The position numbers and the translations under genes are program-made. A stretch of 64,000 nt of DNA from Alphaproteobacteria bacterium. GTDB taxonomy: Bacteria; Pseudomonadota; Alphaproteobacteria; SP197. The notes under the pieces were generated by a model. The model searched no databases. It saw only the letters and a program-made list of their open reading frames with translations, and was not told the origin of the DNA. Numbering within the stretch: the first letter of the stretch is position 1; every line of letters starts with the position of its first letter. Below, piece after piece: positions 10,095 through 19,282 of this stretch. The stretch spans positions 960,001 to 1,024,000 of the forward strand of contig OZ245842.1 in the NCBI GenBank assembly GCA_965228895.1. Direction: 5' to 3'.

Positions 10095-10178
10095 GTGAAA
10101 GCCCTCAGTCTCGTTGGTTCCCTCCGCCGCCTGCATGATCATGGTAGGCCCTGTTCGGGATCAGCAGCTAGCCATTAA
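10095..10178 (+). pseudogene. Possible 5' remnant of an NAD(P)H-dependent FMN reductase (flavodoxin-like)
   Basis: RBS TAAGGAAG, then GTG encoding MKALSLVGSLRR, which resembles the GSLR FMN-binding start. Similarity ends after 12 codons; stop at 10176-10178. Divergent from the LysR. Confidence 0.45.
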
Positions 10179-10321
10179 TCAAGAGACGCAAGCGTCCATC
10201 GACGTTGGCTTAGTGGAACGGCATGGGTTGTAAAATTTGAGTGATGCGGATTCCCCAAGGCTCAGCTCTTGGGATTTGTGCGTCGGTTCAGAAATTTGGC
10301 AGTGACCAAGGGGCATGACGT

Positions 10322-11254
10322 ATGGCTGACCAAACGCATTCGATGGGGGCGGGCACCGCTGATTACGGCGGATCGCTGGGTTTCCGTATCCGCTCCGTGT
10401 TTTTGAAGTACGAATGGCTGCGCGGCTACACGCTGATGTCACCGACGTTGTTGGTGATGATCTTGCTGATGTGCGTGCCGCTGTTCACGCTTGTGACCTA
10501 CAGTTTCTGGACCCAGAACTATCTGGACATCGACACGACCCCGACGCTGGACAACTATCACGCCTTTTTCCAGAAGCCGATTTATGTGGCGTTGATGATG
10601 AAGTCGATCCGGATGTCGCTTTATTGCACCTTCGCGACGCTGATCCTGGCCTACCCGATGGCGTATTTCATCGCCTTCAAGGTGAAGAAGAACAAGCTGG
10701 TGTGGCTGATCCTGATCACGGTTCCGTTCTGGACCAGCTACCTGCTTCGGGTCTTCGCGTGGAAGGTGATCCTGGGCTATAACGGCGTCATCAATTCCGG
10801 TCTGATCAGCCTGGGTCTTCTGGAGGAACCGCTTCAGTTCCTGCTCTATAACCCAACGGCGGTGGTGTTGACGCTGGCCCATGCGTGGGCGGCGTTCGCC
10901 ATCCTGCCGATCTATGTGTCGCTGGAGAAGATAGACAGATCGCTGCTCGAAGCGGCGACCGACCTCGGCGACACCCCGGGCGAGAGGTTCTGGCGTGTGA
11001 CCTGGCCCCTATCGATACCCGGCGTTATCGCGGCCGGCCTGCTGGTCTTCATTCCAACCGTGGGCGACTACGTGACGCCCAAGCTGGTGGGCGGAACGAC
11101 CGGCATCATGATTGGCAACATCGTGCAGTCGCAGTTCGGTAAGGCGAACAACTGGCCCATGGGGGCGGCGCTGTCCGTCATCTCCATGATCCTGATAGCG
11201 ACACTGGTGGTGACCTTCATTGCCACAATGACGCGCGGGAGGGCTAAGTCCTGA
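10322..11254 (+). CDS. Polyamine-type ABC transporter permease (PotB-like)
   Basis: PFWTSYLLRVFAW, LLEAATDLG and NWPMGAALS motifs. Confidence 0.92.
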   Translation: MADQTHSMGAGTADYGGSLGFRIRSVFLKYEWLRGYTLMSPTLLVMILLMCVPLFTLVTYSFWTQNYLDIDTTPTLDNYHAFFQKPIYVALMMKSIRMSLYCTFATLILAYPMAYFIAFKVKKNKLVWLILITVPFWTSYLLRVFAWKVILGYNGVINSGLISLGLLEEPLQFLLYNPTAVVLTLAHAWAAFAILPIYVSLEKIDRSLLEAATDLGDTPGERFWRVTWPLSIPGVIAAGLLVFIPTVGDYVTPKLVGGTTGIMIGNIVQSQFGKANNWPMGAALSVISMILIATLVVTFIATMTRGRAKS

Positions 11255-12153
11255 TGTCGGATACAACGAACACCGACGCCACTGCGTCGGAAGGCAACGA
11301 GGAACGCGCGGCGGGGACGCCGGGCCACGTTCAGGGCAAACACGAGGGTTATCATTGGTCGGGAGAAGCACCGCTGTTCATCTATGCGGTGTTCTATCTC
11401 TCGTTTCTCTATATCCCCGTTCTGTTTCTGCCGCTCTTCTCGTTCAACGACTCGATCTATGTCGCATTCCCGCTGAAGGGCTTCACGGTCCAGTGGTATG
11501 GCGACATGCTGGACAACCCGGCCTTGACCCAGGCGCTGTGGAACAGCGTCAAGGTCGGTGTCGGGGTCTCGATTGTGGCGACGTTCTTCGGCATTTTCGC
11601 GGCCAAGGCGATGACGCGCTATCACATGCCGGGCAAGGGCCCGCTGACCAGCTTCATCATGCTGCCGCTGGTGGTGCCGGGGATCATCCTGGGTATCGCG
11701 CTGCTGGTGATCTCCAACGCGGTCGGTCTGCCGCTGTCGCTGTTCACGATCGGCCTGGCGCATACGCTTGTGGCGGTGCCGTTCTCGATGCTGGTGTTGA
11801 TGTCGCGGCTTGAAGGTTTCGACAAGAGCCTGGAGGAAGCCTCTCTTGATCTGGGCGAGAACGCGTTCTCGACGTTCTTCAAGGTGACGTTGCCTCTGGC
11901 ATGGCCGGGCATTCTGGCCAGCTTCTTGTTGTGCTTCACCATCTCGTTCGACGAGTTCATCCTGGCCTTCTTCCTGGCCGGTAACGAGGTGACGCTGCCG
12001 ATCTACATCTGGAGCCAGCTGCGCTTCCCCAACAGGCTGCCGATGGTGCTGTCGCTTGGCGCCTGCATCCTGTTGGCATCGTTCTTCATCGTCACCTTCT
12101 CCGAGGTCATTCGACGCCGCGGCGTCGGAACCCAGAGCGGCTCGGCGATCTAG
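11254..12153 (+). CDS. Polyamine-type ABC transporter permease (PotC-like)
   Basis: FLYIPVLFLPLFSFN, LEEASLDLG, FTISFDEF and TLPIYIWSQLR motifs. Translationally coupled (TGATG). Confidence 0.92.
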   Translation: MSDTTNTDATASEGNEERAAGTPGHVQGKHEGYHWSGEAPLFIYAVFYLSFLYIPVLFLPLFSFNDSIYVAFPLKGFTVQWYGDMLDNPALTQALWNSVKVGVGVSIVATFFGIFAAKAMTRYHMPGKGPLTSFIMLPLVVPGIILGIALLVISNAVGLPLSLFTIGLAHTLVAVPFSMLVLMSRLEGFDKSLEEASLDLGENAFSTFFKVTLPLAWPGILASFLLCFTISFDEFILAFFLAGNEVTLPIYIWSQLRFPNRLPMVLSLGACILLASFFIVTFSEVIRRRGVGTQSGSAI

Positions 12154-12160
12154 GGCGGGT

Positions 12161-12201
12161 CGTGGTGAGGTGGAACCGACGAACGGTTCCACCTCACCAC
12201 G
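12161..12201. repeat. Perfect 18-bp inverted repeat between convergent genes
   Basis: CGTGGTGAGGTGGAACCG-acgaa-CGGTTCCACCTCACCACG, with no poly-T on either side. Confidence 0.85.
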
Positions 12202-12276
12202 TGAATCTGCTCTAAGGGAGACGAAAGCGCTAAGGCGCAACGAAAAGGCACGGCGTCCCAGGGCAAGAATGCCCCA

Positions 12277-12705
12277 TCACACCTTGCCGCATTGGAGGCG
12301 GCCGGCCACCCGGCAGGTCATGACCATATGCGGTGAGGTCGACGCCCTGACATCGAGTAGCGGGACCTCGCCACGCGTCGCGTCCCAATCATCGGTCCTG
12401 CCGCATAACAGGTTTTCCACCATCATCCGGCGGCCGTCGTCGCGCAGGATATAGAGCGTGCCGTCTGCCGCGCCGCGAAAATAGCTGACGCGCAATGTCG
12501 CGCCAGGCTCGATCGTGAGGTCCGGCAGCGACACAAAATGGGCGAGCACGGTGACGCAGCGCAGCGTCTGGCTGTCGCCATTGATCAGATCAAGGTCGAC
12601 AAGATCATCGCCGTCATCGCCGCCCGATTGCGCGGCGAGCGACGCGAGCGAACCGAACAACAAGGCGCCGATGAACGTGGCCCGCCGGCGTCGCGGCTCA
12701 GGCAT
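12277..12705 (-). CDS. Hypothetical exported protein with four Cys, last gene of the B6 operon
   Basis: ATG 12705 overlaps the upstream stop (ATGCCTGA). RRRR plus hydrophobic stretch ATFIGALLFGSLASLAA suggests a signal peptide. Alternative start at 12723. Confidence 0.6.
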   Translation of the reverse strand: MPEPRRRRATFIGALLFGSLASLAAQSGGDDGDDLVDLDLINGDSQTLRCVTVLAHFVSLPDLTIEPGATLRVSYFRGAADGTLYILRDDGRRMMVENLLCGRTDDWDATRGEVPLLDVRASTSPHMVMTCRVAGRLQCGKV

Positions 12706-13879
12706 GGGCGGCGGCAATGACATCCATGGTCGCTTCCAGACCGGCATTGACGTCGGCGTTGTGGCCGAGCTTGCGCAGAGCACCGCCCAGGGCAGAGATC
12801 GCGACGACCGCATAGATCGGTTCGGCCGTCGGACCCATGTGGCCGATGCGAATCAGCTTGCCGTCGGTCTCGGCGCGCCCGGCCGAGAAGACGACGCCAT
12901 AAAGGTCCCGCGCTGTCGCGCGAATGGCCTTGTCCTCGAACCCATCCGGCACCTTGACCGCTGTTGTCGTCGGCGCGGCGATGTCTTCGCGTGCCGCCCA
13001 CAACTCCAAGCCCATCGCCTTGACGCCGGCGCGGCAGGCGCGCGCCGTCAGGTCGTGGCGTGCCCAGACCGTCTCCGGTCCTTCTTCCAGGTAGTTGTCG
13101 ATCACCGCGTCCAGACCGTTCACCTCCGACACCGACGGCGTGAACGGGAAGGCGTGATCCTTGCTCCAGGCGTCCTTCCAGTCGGTCAGGCTCAAGATCG
13201 AGGCGGTCGGGCCATCCTTGTTGGCTGCCATGTGATCCCAAGCACGATCGCTGACCGCCATGATCGTGACGCCCGGTGGTCCGCCCAGGCATTTGCCAGG
13301 ACCGGTGATAAAAACATCGGCGTTGCAGTCACCGGGGTGCACATCCATGCCGCCGAACGACGAGACGGCGTCGACGATCAGCAGGCCGTCGTGATCACGG
13401 ACGATGCGGCCGATCTCGTTGAGCGGGTTGACCGTGCCGGACGGCGTGTCGTGATGGACGACGGAGACGACCTTGATCTCGGGCCGCCCGCTCATCTTGG
13501 CATCGACCGCTTCGGGGTCGATCGCCTCGTTATAGGGGACTTCGATCTCGACCAGTTCTTTGCAATAGCGTATGGCCCAATAGCCGAAACCCTTGCCGTA
13601 GACGCCGGAAGCCAAGTTCAGCACAACATCGTCGCGTCCGATCAAACACGCGGCGGTCGCCTCGATACCAACGGCCGGCTCGGCATGGATCAAAAGCGCC
13701 GGTTCGTCGACACGCATGGCTTTCGCGGTCTTGCGCGCGACCTCCTCATAGAACCCCTGGAAGTAGGGGTCGTAGTCATACTGAACCGGCTTCGACATCG
13801 CCTGCAGCACGCGCGGATAGGCGGCCGCCGGACCGGATGTCAGGGTAATCACGGGCTCCTTGACCTTGATGCCACTCAT
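12698..13879 (-). CDS. ppaT: Pyridoxamine--pyruvate transaminase (class V aminotransferase)
   Basis: PVITLTSGP, YDYDP, LNLASGVYGKGFGYWA, HHDTPSGT, FPFTPSVSE and RIGHMGPTA match the Mesorhizobium loti enzyme as recalled. Operon context agrees. Confidence 0.9.
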   Translation of the reverse strand: MSGIKVKEPVITLTSGPAAAYPRVLQAMSKPVQYDYDPYFQGFYEEVARKTAKAMRVDEPALLIHAEPAVGIEATAACLIGRDDVVLNLASGVYGKGFGYWAIRYCKELVEIEVPYNEAIDPEAVDAKMSGRPEIKVVSVVHHDTPSGTVNPLNEIGRIVRDHDGLLIVDAVSSFGGMDVHPGDCNADVFITGPGKCLGGPPGVTIMAVSDRAWDHMAANKDGPTASILSLTDWKDAWSKDHAFPFTPSVSEVNGLDAVIDNYLEEGPETVWARHDLTARACRAGVKAMGLELWAAREDIAAPTTTAVKVPDGFEDKAIRATARDLYGVVFSAGRAETDGKLIRIGHMGPTAEPIYAVVAISALGGALRKLGHNADVNAGLEATMDVIAAAHA

Positions 13880-13934
13880 GGACTGGTCCTCCGTCTATGC
13901 GCGCCGATGTCGGCGCGCGTTGTCACATTGTCTC

Positions 13935-14678
13935 CTACCAGCGGATCATGCCGGCATCGACGGCGAGCGCCTGCCCGGTGATCCAATGCGCCTCTTCCGA
14001 AGCCAAAAAAGCGACCGCCGGGACAATATCCTGGGGCGTGCCCCGGCCCTTGATCGCTTGCAGCATCTCAACAAAGTCGAAGGCGTCTTTGTGCGGCGTC
14101 ATCTGCACGCCTTCTGTATCCGTCAGGCCCGGACAGATCGAGTTGACCGTGATGGCGTCGCCGCCAAGCTCGGTGGCCAGTGCACGCCCGAAGGCCAGGA
14201 TGCCGCCTTTTGACGCGACGTAGTGCGCCATGTTCGGTGTGCCCGCAAAGATTGAGTTCGAAGCGATGTTGACGATGCGCCCGTAGTTGTTGGAACGCAT
14301 CAATTCCGAGGCCGCGCGGCACATGAGATAACAGCCGTCAAGATTGACCCGCATGACACGGCGCCATTCCTCGAACGTCAGCTCGTTCCACGGCACGAAA
14401 GGGACGATGGCGGCGGCGTTGACGAGCACGTCGAGTTTACCGTGTTCGCCGATGACGGCCATGTGTAGCGCCTCGACCGATTCCGGATCACCGACATCGC
14501 ACGCGACGGCCATGGCTTGGCCGTTGGCGGCTTCGCTCGCCGCAGCCTCGGCACCCGATCCGTTGATGTCGGTATAACACACGGTTGCACCTTCCATGCT
14601 CAGCCGGTCGGCAATAGCGCGCCCAATGCCCTGGGCAGAGCCGCTGACAATGGCGACCCGTCCTTCAAATCTCTTCAC
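13935..14678 (-). CDS. Pyridoxal 4-dehydrogenase (SDR)
   Basis: IVPFVPW, IASNSIFAGTPNMAHYVASKGG, PHKDAFDFVEMLQA and WITGQALAVDAGM match the M. loti enzyme as recalled. Confidence 0.87.
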   Translation of the reverse strand: MKRFEGRVAIVSGSAQGIGRAIADRLSMEGATVCYTDINGSGAEAAASEAANGQAMAVACDVGDPESVEALHMAVIGEHGKLDVLVNAAAIVPFVPWNELTFEEWRRVMRVNLDGCYLMCRAASELMRSNNYGRIVNIASNSIFAGTPNMAHYVASKGGILAFGRALATELGGDAITVNSICPGLTDTEGVQMTPHKDAFDFVEMLQAIKGRGTPQDIVPAVAFLASEEAHWITGQALAVDAGMIRW

Positions 14679-14705
14679 GTCTTCCTCCCTCTCTTGTCGT
14701 TGGCG

Positions 14706-15521
14706 TCAGGAATAGAAACCTGGCGCCTGCAGATAGTTGCCGAAACTCTCGGGGTCGTGGGAATAGAACATCTCGGCGTCGTGTTTTTCGGCGATCTCCT
14801 TCAGCTTCACCATGGACTGCAGGCTGGCCACCGGATCCAGGTGGAAGCTGGAGATGCACATGAGGTCCATGTTCTTCTGGCTGTAGCAGGCGTCCGCCGT
14901 GAACAGCATGGGCCGCCGATTGGCCAGTTCGACCATCAGGCTGTAGTGGCCGGCCGTGTGGCCAGGCGTTTCGAAGAGCCACAGACCCTTGGCGATCTCC
15001 TGATCGCCCGTCACCGTTTCGTACTTCGGCGTATAGATATCCAACGGCGGTTCGGCGGGCGTCTTGCCCGCCCTGGCATCGCGCTTTGCCTCAATCTCTG
15101 AGTCAAAGCTCAAATCCGAATAGCCGAGCGCCTCGAACGGCTGGAAACAATCGCACGCCTCCAACTCCTTGGCATGGCACACCGTGCATGCCTCGGTCAG
15201 GTGTTTGTTCCCGCCGCAATGGTCGAAGTGGTAGTGCGAGTTGATGACATAGTTGATGTCGGACGGCTTCTTGCCGATCTTCGCCAACGCGCCGGGAATC
15301 GTCTGTTCCGGCGTCTGCAGCGGCTTCTCGAACGGCAGGACGTCCATCACGTGGGCGTGGTCGTAGCCGGTGTCGAAGATATAGAGGCCGTCGGCGTGCT
15401 CGATCAGGACGGCGTAGCAGGGGAAGCGTAGTTCGCCGCCGGGACCGCGGTTCCAGAACGCGTGAAAACCGTCGATGACCAGCGTGCCGCCATCAAGCAG
15501 GTAGACCTTGGTTTCAGACAT
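14706..15521 (-). CDS. 4-pyridoxolactonase (metallo-beta-lactamase fold)
   Basis: TKVYLLDGG...FWNRGPGGELRFP, HYHFDH metal motif, QPFEALGYSDLSF and TPGHTAGH. Confidence 0.9.
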   Translation of the reverse strand: MSETKVYLLDGGTLVIDGFHAFWNRGPGGELRFPCYAVLIEHADGLYIFDTGYDHAHVMDVLPFEKPLQTPEQTIPGALAKIGKKPSDINYVINSHYHFDHCGGNKHLTEACTVCHAKELEACDCFQPFEALGYSDLSFDSEIEAKRDARAGKTPAEPPLDIYTPKYETVTGDQEIAKGLWLFETPGHTAGHYSLMVELANRRPMLFTADACYSQKNMDLMCISSFHLDPVASLQSMVKLKEIAEKHDAEMFYSHDPESFGNYLQAPGFYS

Positions 15522-15569
15522 AAAGACTCTCCTCCTTCTTGTTCTCGTGTGTTGCCGTGCCGGTCATGC

Positions 15570-16505
15570 TTATCGCTGCCCGCGTGCGTAAGGCAGGCCG
15601 AGCGACGGCGGCAGGTAGCTGTGCCGGGCGAAGATGATGAGGACGAGGATCACCATGCCGAACGGCAGCATCTGAACGACATCGGTGGGAATGTTGAGGC
15701 CGGCGACCTGAAGCGCGGTCGTCAGCGCCAGGCTGAGGCCGAACAGCAGCGCGCCGAAGCCGACCCAGATCGGTTTGCCGCGCGCCAGCATGGCCAGCAC
15801 GATGGCGATAAAACCGCCGCCATGGATCATGAACGGAACAAACAGACCGGCGCCGATATTGGCCATGTAAGCGCCGCCAATGCCGGCCAGGAAACCGGTG
15901 GTCAAGACGGCACAGGCCCGCGTCAGGCGGACGCTGACGCCCGCCGCGTCAAGCGCCGCCGGTTTGTCGCCTGCCGCCTGCAGGTTGAGGCCGATCGACG
16001 TGCGTTTGAACACCCAGATCAAGACGAACATCAAGATCACCGTCAGATAGACGACGGGGTGGTGGTCGAACAGCACCGGGCCGGCCACCGGGATCTCGCT
16101 TAAGACAGGGATCGGCAGGGTCGGGGTCTCGCTCAGGCGCGGGTAGGTGCGGCTGAACTGGAAGTGATGCAGCAGAGCGGTCAGCCCTTCGGCGCCCAAT
16201 GTCAGGCCGATGCCGATGACGATCTGGTTCATGGCGAGATAGACGCACAGAATCGCCATCAAGGCTGCGACCGCCATACCGGACAGCCCGCCGACGAGAA
16301 AACCGAGCCAATAGGACTCGGTGTAATAGGCCGCGACGAAACCGCCATAGGCGCCACACAGCATCATGCCTTCGATGCCAATATTGAGTACGCCAGCCTT
16401 CTCGGAGATCTGTTCACCCAGGCCGGCCAGAAGCAACGGCACGCCGGCGGTGACGGCGCCCAGCAACAGCGCGGTGAGGAATTGTTCGGTCATCAGCATC
16501 TGCAT
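15570..16505 (-). CDS. ABC transporter permease (BMP/nucleoside-type)
   Basis: PLLLAGLGEQISEKAGVLNIGIEGMM signature and many TM helices. Confidence 0.9.
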   Translation of the reverse strand: MQMLMTEQFLTALLLGAVTAGVPLLLAGLGEQISEKAGVLNIGIEGMMLCGAYGGFVAAYYTESYWLGFLVGGLSGMAVAALMAILCVYLAMNQIVIGIGLTLGAEGLTALLHHFQFSRTYPRLSETPTLPIPVLSEIPVAGPVLFDHHPVVYLTVILMFVLIWVFKRTSIGLNLQAAGDKPAALDAAGVSVRLTRACAVLTTGFLAGIGGAYMANIGAGLFVPFMIHGGGFIAIVLAMLARGKPIWVGFGALLFGLSLALTTALQVAGLNIPTDVVQMLPFGMVILVLIIFARHSYLPPSLGLPYARGQR

Positions 16506-16509
16506 GGCC

Positions 16510-17601
16510 TCAGGCCTTCGTGCGCTGACGCCAGCGCTGGCCGAGCAGTTCGACCAGCGCCATGAAGATCAACAGCAGCGCGACCAGGACGAGCACGTAG
16601 AATTGCGGCACGCCGACCCGGCGCGCCGCACTTTCGCCGCCGATCATCAAAACCGCGAAGAAAAGGATCAGGCCGATCACGGCCAGGCCATTGAAGCGCG
16701 CCAGGAACACAATCGGGATCACCAGCATGCCATAGGCGGGATTCCAGTCGGCCCGTACGTTGCCCCAAACGCCCAAGATCTCGACCGCGCCAGCCAGCCC
16801 GGCAAGACCCGCGCTCAAGGCGAACGTGACGAAGGTGAGCTTCACCACATCCAAACCGGCGTGGACGGCGGCCCGGGGGTTCGAGCCGACGATCTGCAGC
16901 TTCAGGCCCAGCGACGTGCGCGTCATCATCAGATGCACCAGCACGATAACGACCAGCGCGACAATGATCCCGCTGTGGACGGTCGTATCGAACAGACGTG
17001 GCAGCCGATCGTCGACCGGCAGGGTGACCGTCTGCGGCACCGTCGTTGAGGGGTCGTTGAACGGGATCTTGATCAGGACGTTGGCGACGCTGACACCCAG
17101 AAACGACATCATTAGCGTCGTGATGATCTCGTTGACGCCGTAGACCGCCTTCAGGAAGGCCGGCACCACCGACCACACCATGCCGACCGCAAAGGCGATG
17201 GCGAAACAAACGAGGATCGCAATCGCGTAGGGTAGGGACGCGATCAACATCGGTGACAGAGCGGCGATCAGAACGGCGCCGAGCAGGAATTGTCCGTCGA
17301 CTCCCAGGTTCCAAATACCGGCCTTGAACGCGATGATCAGGCCGGCCGCGATCAGCAGCAACGGGGCCGCGCGGGTCAGCGTGGCCTGCAGGCCGGTCCA
17401 TCGGAAGAGGCCGCGTTCGACGACATAACCGTAATAGGCCAGCGGATCCTTGCCGAGCACGAGCAGGATCATCGCACCAACGATCAGCGCCAGCAGAATG
17501 GGCAGGAGTATACGGCCCGCAGCCGACAACACTTGCCTTCCGCGCGCAACAGGCAATTGGGTGTTGACCGGTGCAGGGGCGGGTTCAGCCTGGCTGGTCA
17601 T
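16510..17601 (-). CDS. ABC transporter permease (BMP/nucleoside-type)
   Basis: KAGIWNLGVDGQF and GVNEIITTLMM signatures. Confidence 0.9.
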   Translation of the reverse strand: MTSQAEPAPAPVNTQLPVARGRQVLSAAGRILLPILLALIVGAMILLVLGKDPLAYYGYVVERGLFRWTGLQATLTRAAPLLLIAAGLIIAFKAGIWNLGVDGQFLLGAVLIAALSPMLIASLPYAIAILVCFAIAFAVGMVWSVVPAFLKAVYGVNEIITTLMMSFLGVSVANVLIKIPFNDPSTTVPQTVTLPVDDRLPRLFDTTVHSGIIVALVVIVLVHLMMTRTSLGLKLQIVGSNPRAAVHAGLDVVKLTFVTFALSAGLAGLAGAVEILGVWGNVRADWNPAYGMLVIPIVFLARFNGLAVIGLILFFAVLMIGGESAARRVGVPQFYVLVLVALLLIFMALVELLGQRWRQRTKA

Positions 17602-19214
17602 GCCGCCTGGGCTCCGGTCATCAAGCGGCCGATGCGCGACACGGCGTCCTCGCCGTTATCAACGATGCCGGGCATGCGGCCTTGATGCAGAACCGCGATC
17701 CGGTCGGCGAGCTCGATCAGCTCGTCGAGTTCGTTGGAGATTAGAATGGTGGTCAGGCCATTTGCCGCGCCCTCCAGGATGCGCTCGCGCGCCAGACGCG
17801 TGTTGTGCAGGTCGAGGCCATAGGTCGGCTTGTTGTAGATAACGACCCTCGCGTCACCGGAGAGCTCGCGCGCCAGGAGAGCCTTTTGGATGTTGCCGCC
17901 CGACAGGCGGCCAATTGGTGTGTGTTCGGAAGGTGTACGGATGTCGTAGCGCGCGATGAGTTCGCGGCCGTGGCGGTTGATCCGGTCCCACCGGCTGATG
18001 CCAGACGTCCAGAAGGGCGCGCGCCCGATCTCCTTTAGCAGAAGATTGGTGGCGACCGACATGCCGGCGACGGTGCCTTCGTCAAGCCGTTCATCGGTCA
18101 CGTAACGCAAGCCAAGCGCCTCGCGCGCGGCAACGTCGAGCCGCGTGACATCCGTGCCTAAGACGTCGATACGGCCCCGATTGCAGGCGCGCTGCCCGGC
18201 AAGCGCTTCGGCCAGGTGTTTCTGGCCGTTGCCGTCGACGCCTGCAATTCCGAGGATTTCGCCCGGGCGAACGTCAAAGCTGACGTCATCCAGTGTGCAC
18301 TCGCCCGGCTCACCTTCGGTGGTCAGGCCGTCGACCGTTATCGATGGGGCGGCCGACCGGTCGATGGGATTGGCGCGGCGCCGCGCGTGACCCTCTTCGA
18401 CCAGGGTTTCGATATCGCTGGCGTCGCCGCCGCCCTCGAACATCAACTGGATGATCTCGGCCGTCGCCTCTGGCTCGGTCATGGCGGAAAGCCGCTCTGG
18501 ATCGATCTGACCGACAAGGCGGCCCAGTCTCAAGACCGATATGCGATCGCCGAAAGCAAACGCCTCGCCCAGCTTGTGCGTGATGAAGACGATGGCGACA
18601 CCCTCGTCGCGCAAGCGCTTCATGACTTCGCCCAGCTCCTTGACGCCCTGGGGCGTCAGCATGGATGTCGGCTCGTCGAGAACCAGGACACTGCCGCCAC
18701 GCCATAGCGCGCGCATGATCTCGACCTGTTGCTGTTGACCAAGGGACAAACGTCCAACCGGCGCGTCGGGATCGATGTCGACAGACAGCACGCGTTTCAG
18801 ATCGTTGAAACGTTTGAGTGCGGGGCCGCGGTCGAGCCGCTGATGCCATGCGCCGCCCAGCATCAGGTTCTCGATGACGGTCAGACTTGGCACCAGCAGG
18901 ACGTGCTGGAACACGGTACCGACACCCAGATCCAGGCTTTCGCGCGGCGAACTCAGGCGCACAGTCTGTCCGGCAATGGCGATCGAACCCGCGTCCGGTT
19001 GCTGCATGCCGGCGAGGATGCCGATCAGCGTCGACTTGCCGGCACCGTTCTCGCCCAGGAGGACGTGAACTTCGCCGGGATTGAAATCGAGGGAAATGTC
19101 GTTGTTGGCGATAACGCCGGGGAAACTCTTGGAGATACCCCGAAGCGCAACGGCCGGTGTGGGATCACCGGTGTGGCGGGTGTGCGGGCTCGATGCGTTT
19201 TCGGTACCTTCCAT
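17598..19214 (-). CDS. ABC transporter ATP-binding protein with tandem ATPase domains
   Basis: Walker A GENGAGKST, LSLGQQQ, LDEPTS; second domain GVDGNGQ and LSGGNIQK. Confidence 0.93.
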   Translation of the reverse strand: MEGTENASSPHTRHTGDPTPAVALRGISKSFPGVIANNDISLDFNPGEVHVLLGENGAGKSTLIGILAGMQQPDAGSIAIAGQTVRLSSPRESLDLGVGTVFQHVLLVPSLTVIENLMLGGAWHQRLDRGPALKRFNDLKRVLSVDIDPDAPVGRLSLGQQQQVEIMRALWRGGSVLVLDEPTSMLTPQGVKELGEVMKRLRDEGVAIVFITHKLGEAFAFGDRISVLRLGRLVGQIDPERLSAMTEPEATAEIIQLMFEGGGDASDIETLVEEGHARRRANPIDRSAAPSITVDGLTTEGEPGECTLDDVSFDVRPGEILGIAGVDGNGQKHLAEALAGQRACNRGRIDVLGTDVTRLDVAAREALGLRYVTDERLDEGTVAGMSVATNLLLKEIGRAPFWTSGISRWDRINRHGRELIARYDIRTPSEHTPIGRLSGGNIQKALLARELSGDARVVIYNKPTYGLDLHNTRLARERILEGAANGLTTILISNELDELIELADRIAVLHQGRMPGIVDNGEDAVSRIGRLMTGAQAA

Positions 19215-19225
19215 CGCGTGGTCCA

Positions 19226-19261
19226 GGCGGCGGGGACATTGCCAACGCCATCCCCGCCGCC
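19226..19261 (-). other. Intercistronic hairpin downstream of the solute-binding protein gene
   Basis: GGCGGCGGGGA...TCCCCGCCGCC 11-bp stem between the SBP and ATPase genes, a usual position for mRNA-stabilising stems. Confidence 0.6.
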
Positions 19262-19282
19262 ATGGTACCTTACTCCGTTACT

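Noticed and set aside
14706-15521. AHL lactonase (quorum quenching) call for the metallo-beta-lactamase-fold protein
   Set aside because: Sequence signatures and operon context fit 4-pyridoxolactonase better.
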